From contig OZ024741.1 of NCBI GenBank assembly GCA_964016885.1, positions 175,708,001 through 175,772,000 of the forward strand: 64,000 bases of DNA, in the 5' to 3' direction. Positions 23,934 to 36,519 of the stretch are shown here, in pieces (the first letter of the stretch is position 1; each line of letters opens with the position of its first letter). A program made the translations under genes and the position numbers. A model generated the notes under the pieces. That model saw only the letters and a program-made list of their open reading frames with translations. It searched no databases and was not told the DNA's origin. The DNA is from Eledone cirrhosa (lineage: Eukaryota).

Positions 23934-26368
23934 GTGGCACAAACCGATTTTGAAAAACCGAAAATAATTAACATTTCAAATACAAACCTCTCAGCCCAAC
24001 AAGTAAAAATTCTCTCCAAAGGTCTGAAATTCACACCAACACCACAATACCCTAACCCCAACGAGATAAATGACGATATCTCACACTTCTGTAGAAAATT
24101 ACGTCTCACAGTGGAATCAATTGTACGGAATAAAAGCAGCTACAACCCAACAAAGGGTAGAAACAGAGTTCTGGACAAATTTTGTGACCACATAGCTACC
24201 TTCCCATACCATGAACTACCGCAACCTAAACCCAAACCCAACACGAGTCGAAGGGAATGGGAGATTATCCATGAACTAAAAAACAATACAGACATTACAA
24301 TTAAGGAAGCGGGCAAGGGAAGTACTGTTGTCATTATGGAGGCTGAAAAATATAAACATTCTATGTTCTCTCTCTTACAAAATACTAATTACTATGAAAG
24401 AGTAAAAAACTACCAGCAATCAAAAATAATGACCAAATTAAACACACTGATTTATCGATACCAGGAAGACCTAACTAAAAAGGAACGCGATTATTTAACA
24501 CATTTTGAGTACAAGACCAGTAACCTTTACGGACTTCTGAAGATCCATAAGTGTAAAATAATCAACGATGCCTGTAAACAATCCACCTCAGCCTGCGTGA
24601 ACACACAATACCCCACAGACCTTAAATTAAGACCAATTGTAGCGGGCCCACAATGTGAAACACACAGATTGAGCAACTTTATAGACATACTACTGAAACC
24701 AATACTGAAACACATACCAAGCCTTGTAAGAGACGATCTGGACCTCTTAAACCACCTCCCCAAACATGTCAACAACGACACTATTATTGTGTCTTTCGAT
24801 GTAGTGAATCTCTACACAACGATCCCACACCAATATGGACTAGAAGCAATAGGATTCTGGCTAGAGAAATATCCCAATGAGATACCTGACAAAATAGAAA
24901 AAAGCTTCATCACCGAGGGATTAAAATTCATCCTACAGAACAACTTTTTTGATTTCGATGGCAATACTTACAAGCAAATATCGGGGACTGCGATGGGTAC
25001 AAAAGCCGCTCCAACTTATGCCAACTTAGTCATGGCATACTTAGAAGTCCAGATATATGAACAGTCCAAATCAAAATACGGATTGAACTTCCACAAATAT
25101 TTATCAGAGAATTGGAAACGCTACTTGGATGATTGCCTCATTCTTTGGTCTCACACACTCGACCAACTGAAGGATTTCAAAAACTTAATAAACGGCATCA
25201 ATAACCACATCCAATTCACAATGGAATACAGCCAAGATCAACTCCCATTTCTGGACATCTTAATCTTAAAAAAAGACACAGATATCGAAACTGACATACA
25301 CTACAAACCAACAGATTCCAAACAATATCTGCTATTCACCTCCAACCATCCAAAGCACACGAAGACGAACATTCCTTTTAACCTAGCAAGAAGAATTTGC
25401 ACAATTGTCTCCAATTATGAAACGCGAAATAAAAGACTTCAAGAATTAAAGGAAATTCTACTCGAGAGAGGGTACCCACTATTACTAATAAATAATTGTT
25501 TCTACTTTAGGCACAAGGCCAGCAATTACCCAGTGCGTTACTGGTACTTTATTTCATCGACCCCGTAAGGATGAAAGGCAAAGTCAACCTCGGCGGGATT
25601 TGAACTCAGATCGTAAAGGGATGTAACTATGCTGGAAAGCATGGCGTCCGACCCTCTACCGATACTGCCAATCCACTAATAAATAATGGAATAGAAAGGG
25701 CTAAAGCAATAGGCATTGATGAATTACGGAAACAGAAACAAATTCAAGGTACGTCCAATATTCTATCATATATCTCAACACACAACCCAAGAAATGCAGA
25801 AGCTTACAACACTATTCATAATAACATCCCACTACTAAAACAAAACCCAAGAATGAAAAAAGCCCTTGAAACACACAAAATAATCAAAAACAAAAGACAA
25901 CCAAAATCACTGAAAACATTACTCACCAATGCCAAATTACCTACCTCAAACCCACAACCAAGTATCAAAAAATGTGGTCGCTCTAATTGTGGAACCTGCA
26001 CTCACCTCATTGAAGGCAACACGTATACATTTAAATCAGGACAAAATTTTACTGTAAAAAATCACTTCACTTGCTCATCAAAAAATCTACTTTATGCCAT
26101 TAAATGTAAAGGATGCAATGAAGATTATATAGGACAAACTAAACTCACACTCAGAAACAGAATGACAGTTCATCGCCAACAATTACGAGATCCAACCACG
26201 AGACAGATACCACTAAGTGCATATCTAGACATTTGCGCAAGTAATAAGACACCCAAATTCCAAGTCTTCCCATTTTACCTTTGCGCTAACAATACAACAG
26301 AACAAATGCGAATAAATAAGGAAAATATGTTTATTCAAAAATATAGACCAACATTAAATATGGTTTAA
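23934..26368 (+). pseudogene. PLE reverse transcriptase-GIY-YIG endonuclease ORF disrupted by a SINE
   Basis: LSKGLKFTP, YGLLKIHK, LRPIV, FDVVNLYT, GTAMGTKAAPTYANL, RYLDD, LPFLD; CGRSNCGTC linker; LLYAIKC..C..YIGQT. Removing 25497-25687 joins the 544-aa and 171-aa ORFs in frame (747 aa). Confidence 0.93.
25497..25674 (-). mobile_element. Young SINE family A inserted in the PLE ORF, 13-bp TSD
   Basis: TSD actaataaataat at 25484-25496 and 25675-25687. Confidence 0.93.
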
Positions 26369-26540
26369 TATACATTATGTCAACACCATAATATGACATA
26401 CACACACATAACACCTTCTACTTTAGAAAATAAAAACCCGAACTAAATAAACCTTAACATACGTTTGCACTGACAATACAACAGCAAACACGAATAAGTA
26501 AGCAAAATATGTTCATTCAAAAATATTCCTACTAAAGGAA

Positions 26541-26948
26541 TCACTTTCCTACACACACGCATACACACACACACAATATATATATATTCTCTTCATCTGA
26601 ACATGCTAACCATACTCCCACACACATAACACCCATACACACACATAACAACCCCCACACCCACAACTCCCTCCCCATTTCTACTAATAGAACCACTTTC
26701 CTACACACATATATATACACACACCAAAATATATGTTCTCTCCATCTTAACATACTCGCACACACACACATAACACCCATATACACACTAATTTCTACTA
26801 ATAGAACCACTTTCCTACACACATATATATATACACACACAAAATATATATTCTCTCCATCTTAACATACTCGCACACACACACATAACACCCATATACA
26901 CACACACACAACTCCCTCCCCCATTTCTTCTAATAGAATTATCTTCCA

Positions 26949-26950
<2 letters not shown>
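26541..26950. repeat. CA-rich ~115-150-bp tandem repeat in the PLE 3' region
   Basis: cactttcctacacac recurs at ~26542, ~26694 and ~26808. Confidence 0.75.
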
Positions 26951-26990
<40 letters not shown>

Positions 26991-27625
26991 GCACACAAAT
27001 AAACATACATATCTTCACTTCAATAGAAAATCTGAACTCTGACACCCCAGCGAACTAACCATATTCACTGAACCAGAACAATTCTCCCAATCCCATTTCT
27101 CTTGACCACTATATTTCCATTGTCATAACATTCGCTATAAAGACTACAGAATAGTTTTCCAAATAAGGACGCAAAAATGTAATGAAAACTTGTTCACGTG
27201 ACAGCCAAATTTCATTTATAACCAATCAAATCACGTTTATTAAAAAAAACCTTCGTGAGCCACCTTTTTTTAAAGTAAAGAAATTCAAACACACACACAC
27301 ACACACGCGCACACACACACACACAAGCACACAAATAAACACACATATCTTTACTTTCTTTATTCAATAGAAAATCTGAACTCTGACACCCCAGCGAACT
27401 AACCATATTCACTGAACCAGAACAATTCTCCCATCCCTTTCTCTTGACCATTATCTTTCACTTATCAAAAAATTCTCTAAAAAGGCTACAGAATGGATTT
27501 CCAAATAAGGGCACAAAAAATTTAATGAAAAGTTGTTCACGTGACAGCCATAATTTCATTTATAACCAACCAAAAAAAAGCCTTCGTGAGCCTCCTTTTT
27601 TCAAGTAAAAAGAAATTCAAACACT
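26950..27625. repeat. ~335-bp direct tandem duplication in the PLE 3' region
   Basis: caagcacacaaataaaca at 26988 and 27324; both units end aagaaattcaaacac. Confidence 0.85.
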
Positions 27626-27838
27626 CATATATGAAAAAAACAACCTGTGACAACCCCCCTCTTATTTGAAGAACTATTGTAACGCAAAGTGGCGCGAAAT
27701 TTATTATAAGTATTGACAAACCAATCAAATTACTTCTCGAAAAACCTGGCATTTCGAGCCACTTTTTCCATATAAAACAAGTAACATTCAGAGACCAACC
27801 AGGTATGAGAAAAACCACAGACCCTCCATCTCAACTCA

Positions 27839-27876
27839 CCTTTTGAAAAGCAGAAGAACTGCGAAACCGGTAAAGG
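27839..27876 (+). ncRNA. Minimal type I hammerhead motif with a U3-A8 covariant core
   Basis: cctt-UUGAAAA-gcag-aagaa-cugc-GAAA-ccg-GUA-aagg; palindromic ACCGGU stem III; AATAAA at 27882. Confidence 0.7.
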
Positions 27877-27934
27877 AACCAAATAAATATATATATTTAA
27901 AAAAAAATAAGACTCCAGTTGAATTTTCGATTTC

Positions 27935-29366
<1,432 letters not shown>

Positions 29367-29368
29367 TT

Positions 29369-29483
29369 TATTACAATTTCCCGGTCGGTTAGTTTAATAA
29401 CCGGATGGTTATATAGTTTTTTTTCAAGCAACAATGAAACTACCACTTGGCTATTAAACTAACCGACTGGGAATTTATAATTA
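29369..29483. repeat. Small MITE-like inverted repeat (~28-bp arms)
   Basis: aatttcccggtcggttagtttaataacc versus ggctattaaactaaccgactgggaattt. Confidence 0.7.
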
Positions 29484-29558
29484 ATTGAAGTGAGAACCAA
29501 CAAGAGAATGTATTTTTATTGGCAGCATGACCCTCCCAAAATATAACAATATATATAA

Positions 29559-29608
<50 letters not shown>

Positions 29609-30262
29609 AATTAGTATATCTACCAACATATGTATTCAGATGCATATCTATGCAAGCAAATATATAGGTTTTGTCTTAGTAACTTTGTGGTTCAATGCAA
29701 GGGGATGCAGAACAATTATATGAAAGACGTAAAATAAGAAAATTATAAAAATTAACTTACTTACTAAAATTTCACTCCAACTAATTAGTTTCTGAAACAT
29801 GGTTTCCAAATGGAAAACATTGAGAAGCCATTTCGTCATCATGAACTCATTCTCAGCTAAGAACCTGGCGATGCGTGGACACAGGGAACTTATACAAACA
29901 TAATTAAGTGGATGCAAAAAAGCAAGCGTGGACTAAATTCCAAGACATTGAAAAAATCACTGCCTACTTGGTCGGTGGCAAATTCAAAAGAATCAATCAC
30001 GTGACATCGAGGTTAATCAGTGAGGAGTGGGGTGTTAAAAAGACAGTAGCCAAGCTGTTACTATGAACTATAGTAGTAATTTTGGCAAATTTTTGCTCAA
30101 CAAAATAATCTGGAGTTAATTATAAAGAATTAGTAAATCTACCAAGATATGTATACAGATGTTTTCCATTTGGAAACCATGTTTATTCCCTTTTAGAAAC
30201 TAATTAGTTGGAGTGAAATTTTAGTAAGTAAGTTAATTTTTATAATTTTCTTATTTTACGTC

Positions 30263-30301
<39 letters not shown>

Positions 30302-30318
30302 GCAATATATATAACATG

Positions 30319-30383
<65 letters not shown>

Positions 30384-30417
30384 GTATATATAACATGCAA
30401 TCTGAGTTTTTCGAATA

Positions 30418-30608
30418 TTAATAATTGTTTCTACTTTTGGCACAAGGCCAGCAAATTATCCAGTGTATTACTGGTACTTTATTCTATCGACCCCGTAAGA
30501 ATGACAGGCAAACTTAACCTCGCCGGGATTTGAACTCTGAACATAAAAGGCCGTAACTCTATCCTGCAAAGTATGGTGTCCGACCCTCTACTGATATTGC
30601 CAATCCAC
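30418..30608 (-). mobile_element. SINE family A
   Basis: Homology to family A. Confidence 0.88.
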
Positions 30609-30661
30609 ATTCGATTCGTTTGCAATTATGCAAACAACCTCTTTTTTTTAAAGCCATGTTA

Positions 30662-30855
30662 AGGGATGGTGGATTGGCAGTATCGGTAGAAGGTCAGACG
30701 CCATGCTTTGACGCAAAGAGTTACGGCCCTTGCCATTCTGAGTTCAAATCCCACCGAGGTTAATTTGCCTTTCATCCTTACGGGGTCGATAAAATAAAGT
30801 ACCAGTAATGCACTGTTTAATTGTTGGCCTTGTGCCAAAATTAGAAACAATTATT
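30662..30855 (+). mobile_element. SINE family A
   Basis: A box tggcagtatcgg, B box gagttcaaatcc. Confidence 0.9.
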
Positions 30856-30871
30856 AATATTCGAAAAGTAC

Positions 30872-31042
30872 GGTGGATTGGTAGTATCGGTCGAGGGTCG
30901 GACGCCATGCTTTGCAGCAAAGAGTTACGGCCCTTTATGGTCTGAGTTCATATCCCGCCGAGGTTAACTTTGCCTTTGATCCTTACGGGGTAATACACTG
31001 GGAAAAGTGTTGGTCTTGTGCCAAAAGTGGAAACAATTATTA
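30872..31042 (+). mobile_element. SINE family A (internal deletion)
   Basis: Homology to family A. Confidence 0.85.
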
Positions 31043-31493
31043 ATATTCGAAAAATTCAGATTGCATGTTATATATATATATATATTCACAACCATACATA
31101 CATACATGGTGGCTGCCAACTCGTTTTCGAGTACGGCCACTACTTTATATCCATGTAGGAGAACCCCTACCGATGCACTGAACGAGTGTGACTTTTTAGT
31201 CCAGCCAGCGACTTGAAAACTCTGGTACAAATACTACACTTGTGACAATTATTGACACATAGTGCTGGGCCCATGGTATCATGTGATGACAAGTGCAGAT
31301 AGATCTCCAGATATAAAGCAATGCCTGTGTCGTGAAGCTTTTATAGTGAGTAAAGGCACTGCACGAAGCCAGTCCCACTCTATTAACCAAGATGATATTT
31401 ACCAAAAAGAAGAACAACTCAACATCATTGGATACCATCAGGGTTGCAGGCGTTATATCAGAGTATTCCTTCTCCTAGAATTCTGCCTTCACA

Positions 31494-31524
<31 letters not shown>

Positions 31525-31576
31525 GTACATACATACATACATATATTTGAAACTGGAACTGTTTGAAATTGAAAAA

Positions 31577-31728
31577 TGCAATTACCAGTGCATTACTGGT
31601 ACTTTATTTTATCGACCTTGTACGGATGAAAGGCAAAGTTAACCTCGGCAGGATTTGAACTCAGAATGGCAAGAGCCGTAACTCTATGCGTCAAAGCATG
31701 GCGTTCGACCCTCTACCGATACTGCCAA
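31577..31728 (-). mobile_element. SINE family A (tail missing)
   Basis: Homology to family A. Confidence 0.88.
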
Positions 31729-31885
31729 TACTGCCAATAATGGCTATGAAATAGAACATAAATTTTGGTTAGTGTATCTCTTTTTTGTTGTATTTTCCTT
31801 ATTACATTGGCACCGAATGGCCAGCTGATTTCTACAACACAATATATTTTTAATATTTGGTGGCGGTTTCTATGTTTTTATTCCA

Positions 31886-32073
31886 TGGATTGGCAGTGTC
31901 AGTAGAGGCTCGGACGCTATGCTTTGACGCAACGAGTTACGTCCCATTACGATCTGAGTTCAAATCTCGCCGAGGTTAACTTTGCCTTTCATCCTTACGG
32001 GGTCGATAAAATAAAGTACCAGTAATGTACTCGGTATTTGCTGGCCTTGTGCCAAACGTAGAAACAATTATTA
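31886..32073 (+). mobile_element. SINE family A
   Basis: Homology to family A. Confidence 0.88.
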
Positions 32074-32084
32074 CTTTCAGTAAC

Positions 32085-32460
32085 CAGTCTCAATATATTC
32101 CTCGGTATTTCCGTAGCGCATTCTAGGTTTATGAGAAGGTGGTATCAGGATGTTTACGGTCTTTGTTTTGCGCAGCATACATTTATTGTCAACTGATGAC
32201 TTCATCTTTTGAGCAGTAGGTACTTGGTGGGAATTTCTTGTTACTGTTTTGCATGGAAGTATTCTTCAAGGGGGGACATTAAGAACTTATTGGAATACAA
32301 TGTCAAGCTTTTAGCCAGGTGTATCCCTTCTACGGTCTGAGGTTGTTGGCCCGGCATCCTTCTCAGTGAACTAACCTAGTGTTTGCTTTGTTTGAGTATT
32401 GAGTAAAGTTGTGCCATGTTTCTGGAAGAAAGATTCTGGAAGAAAGATTTTTTCAATTTT
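32085..32460 (-). mobile_element. Possible L1/Tx1-like LINE zinc-knuckle remnant
   Basis: Frameshifted IPTKYLL..K...NKC....YHLL pattern; weak. Confidence 0.3.
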
Positions 32461-32509
32461 TATTCATGTCTCTCCTCTAGAAGAGTAGCAATATATGAAT
32501 TATTGTGAG

Positions 32510-32990
<481 letters not shown>

Positions 32991-33424
32991 TTGCAATAGG
33001 TTTTCGCCTGTATTAGCCCAGACCATGCGTAACTTAATACCATCACCTGGCGAAATGTATTAAATCATATTTCATATTTAAACATATTTTGGACACCTCA
33101 GGTCACAGTAATCGAGGCCTTCCATTGTATTTATTGCTTTTGTAATTGACATCTGGTGTGCTTCATTTTCATAATACTTTGTTTCGTATGGGGAGACTAC
33201 GTTTTCCTTTTCCCCCCTTTTTGTTCCCTATAAAAGTTTCTTTTGTTTTTATTAGATACTGCTCAATAATCTTTATATAATGTCAATGGTTTTTCATGAT
33301 ATTGTGAGATTTTGTATATTGAATATATACTTATGTATCGAAAAGAAAAAAATAAGCAAGTAATAGTACTCAATGTGGATCTGGCAGACAAATATTAATG
33401 TTTGTGTGTTAATATAATATGAGT

Positions 33425-33612
33425 AAAATACTTCATTTTACGTTGCTCCAGTATACTCAGCTGAAAATGAGTACCCGCAATAGCTGGAGGTTTAACCCTG
33501 CAATGGACTGGCGTCCTGTCCAGGGAGAAGTCTTGTACTCTCAGTCGCTTCACGCCATGAAACCGGGATACGCACCGGCCAAATGAGCCTTCTGGCTTAA
33601 GACAGACTTTAG
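33425..33612 (+). mobile_element. SINE fragment: CORE-like part plus a cctgcaatggactggcgtcctgtccaggg domain
   Basis: Shares ttacgttgctccagt..ctcagctg with family B; the 3' domain resembles one I recall from widespread metazoan SINEs. Confidence 0.6.
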
Positions 33613-33832
33613 ACTTTTTTTTTAGTTAATATATTTGTTTCCCACTTAATGCGTTGCTATGTTAATATTGTTTTACATTAGTGTGTTTGTATGTTGTGTG
33701 TCAGTGTTTTTATGTTAATACTTTTGCGTGTTAGTGTTTGTATGTTAATGTTGTTGTGTGTCTGTATGTTTGTATGTTAATGTCGCTGTGCGTTTCTGTG
33801 TTTCTATGTTAATGTTGCTGCGTGTCTGTATG

Positions 33833-34230
33833 TTTATTTATTTATTTATTTATTTATTCCTTTATTCAAATTAAACCGCCGTATAGAGCATGAAAGACAT
33901 GACAAACTAGGGGAACTGTCGAGTAAACCTTACAGTTGGTAATCAAAAAGAGCTATAGAGACAAGTAATCTAAAAAAAAAAACATGAGGAAAAATAAATT
34001 AAAATAAAATAAAATAAAATAAAATAAAATAAAATAAAAATAAAATTTCAAATATTGAAGACCAATGGGGGAAGAAGCAAAGGGAAATAGGATACAAGGA
34101 AAGCTGTAAAACAGCTAAAAGTTTCTCTTGTAGAATATTGTCGTAGCTTCCATGTACTCAATGAATCTGTGTATATTTGGTAGATCTGTAATCATATATT
34201 GAATTTCCAATGGTTTGTAGATATTGGGAT
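33833..34230 (-). mobile_element. Non-LTR retrotransposon 3' end with AATAAA and a (TAAA)n tail
   Basis: (ttta)n at 33833-33858 followed by tttatt; ORF-like end on the minus strand. Confidence 0.45.
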
Positions 34231-34239
34231 ATGTGTTGC

Positions 34240-36478
34240 TGTATTGTTCATGTTTGCGTATTAATATTGTTCTATTTGTTTATTAATATTGTCATGTTTG
34301 TGTATTAATATTGTTCATGTTTGTGTATTAATATTTTCATGTTTGTGTATTAATATTGTTCATGTTTGTGTATTAATATTGTCCTGTTTATATATTAATA
34401 TTGTTCATGTTGGTGTAATACACAAACATGAACAACATTAACACACAAACATGAACAATATTAATACATAAACATGACAATATTAATACACAAACATGAC
34501 AATATTAATACACAAACATGACAATATTAATACACAAACATGAACAACATTAATACACAAATATGAACAACATTAATACACAAATATGAACAACATTGAT
34601 ACACAAATATATTTTTCATGTTTGTGTATTACTATTGTTCATGTTTGTGTATTAATATTGTTCATGTTTGTGTATTAATATTGTTCATGTTTGTGTATTA
34701 ATATTGTTCATGTTTGTGTATTAATATTGGTCATGTTTGTGTATTAATATTGTTCATGTTTGTGTATTAATATTGTTCATGTTTGTGTATTAATATCGTT
34801 CATGTTTGTGTATTAATATTGTTCATGTTTGTGTATTAATATTGGTCATGTTTGTGTATTACTATTGTTCATGTTTGTGTATTAATATTGTTCATGTTTG
34901 TGTATTAATATTGGTCATGTTTGTGTTCTAATATTGGTCATGTTTGTGTATTAATATTGTTCATGTTTGTGTATTAATATTGTTCATGTTTGTGTATTAA
35001 TATTGTTCATGTTTGTGTAATAATATTGTTCATGTTTGTGTATTAATATTGGTCACGTTTGTGTATTAATATTGTTCATGTTTGTGTATTAATATCGTTC
35101 ATGTTTGTGTATTAATATTGTTCATGTTTGTGTATTAATATTGGTCATGTTTGTGTATTATTATTGTTCATGTTTGTGTATTAATATTGTTCATGTTTGT
35201 GTATTAATATTGTTCATGTTTGTGTATTAATATTGTTCATGTTTGTGTATTACTATTGTTCATGTTTGTGTATTAATATTGTTCATGTTTGTGTATTAAT
35301 ATTGTTCATGTTTGTGTATTAATATTGGTCATGTTTGTGTTCTAATATTGTTCATGTTTGTGTATTAATATTGGTCATGTTTGTGTTCTAATATTGGTCA
35401 TGTTTGTGTATTAATATTGTTCATGTTTGTGTATTAATATTGTTCATGTTTGTGTATTAATATTGGTCATGTTTGTGTATTAATATTGTTCATGTTTGTG
35501 TATTAATATTGTTCATGTTTGTGTATTAATATTGGTCATGTTTGTGTTCTAATATTGGTCATGTTTGTGTATTAATATTGTTCATGTTTGTGTATTAATA
35601 TTGTTCATGTTTGTGTATTAATATTGTTCATGTTTGTGTAATAATATTGTTCATGTTTGTGTATTAATATTGTTCATGTTTGTGTATTAATATTGTTCAT
35701 GTTTGTGTATTAATATTGTTCAGTTTGTGTTCTAATATTGGTCATGTTTGTGTATTAATATTGTTCGTGTTTGTGTATTAATATTGTTCATGTTTGTGTA
35801 TTAATATTGGTCATGTTTGTGTATTAATATTGTTCATGTTTGTGTATTAATATTGTTCATGTTTGTGTATTAATATTGTTCAGTTTGTGTATTAATATTG
35901 TTCATGTTTGTGTATTAATATTGTTCATGTTTGTGTATTAATATTGGTCATGTTTGTGTATTAATATTGGTCATGTTTGTGTATTAATATTGTTCATGTT
36001 TGTGTATTAATATTGTTCATGTTTGTGTATTAATATTGTTCATGTTTGTGTATTAATATTGGTCATGTTTGTGTATTAATATTGTTCATGTTTGTGTATT
36101 AATATTGTTCATGTTTGTGTATTAATATTGTTCATGTTTGTGTAATAATATTGTTCATGTTTGTGTATTAATATTGTTCATGTTTGTGTATTAATATTGT
36201 TCATGTTTGTGTATTAATATTGTTCATGTTTGTGTATTAATATTGTTCATGTTTGTGTATTAATATTGTTCATGTTTGTGTATTAATATTGGTCATGTTT
36301 GTGTATTAATATTGGTCATGATTGTGTATTAATATTGTTCATGTTTGTGTATTAATATTGTTCATGTTTGTGTATTAATATTGTTCATGTTTGTGTATTA
36401 ATATTGGTCATGTTTGTGTATTAATATTGTTCATGTTTGTGTATTAATATTGTTCATGTTTGTGTATTAATATTGTTC
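34240..36478. repeat. 23-bp tandem satellite (ttgttcatgtttgtgtattaata)n, with an inverted block at ~34417-34610
   Basis: 23-bp periodicity, high homogeneity. Confidence 0.97.
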
Positions 36479-36519
36479 TGTGATTGTATTATAATATTGT
36501 TGTTTTAGTGTGTATGCGT

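Noticed and set aside
25497-25568. C-terminus CFYFRHKASNYPVRYWYFISSTP of the 544-aa ORF as part of the RT
   Set aside because: Read-through into the antisense SINE insertion
30662-30760. A/B-box sequences as tRNA genes
   Set aside because: They are SINE heads with extended box spacing, no cloverleaf, and SINE body and tail attached
34240-36478. Regular 23-bp repeat as a CRISPR array
   Set aside because: Head-to-tail monomers with no unique spacers, no cas genes, eukaryotic context
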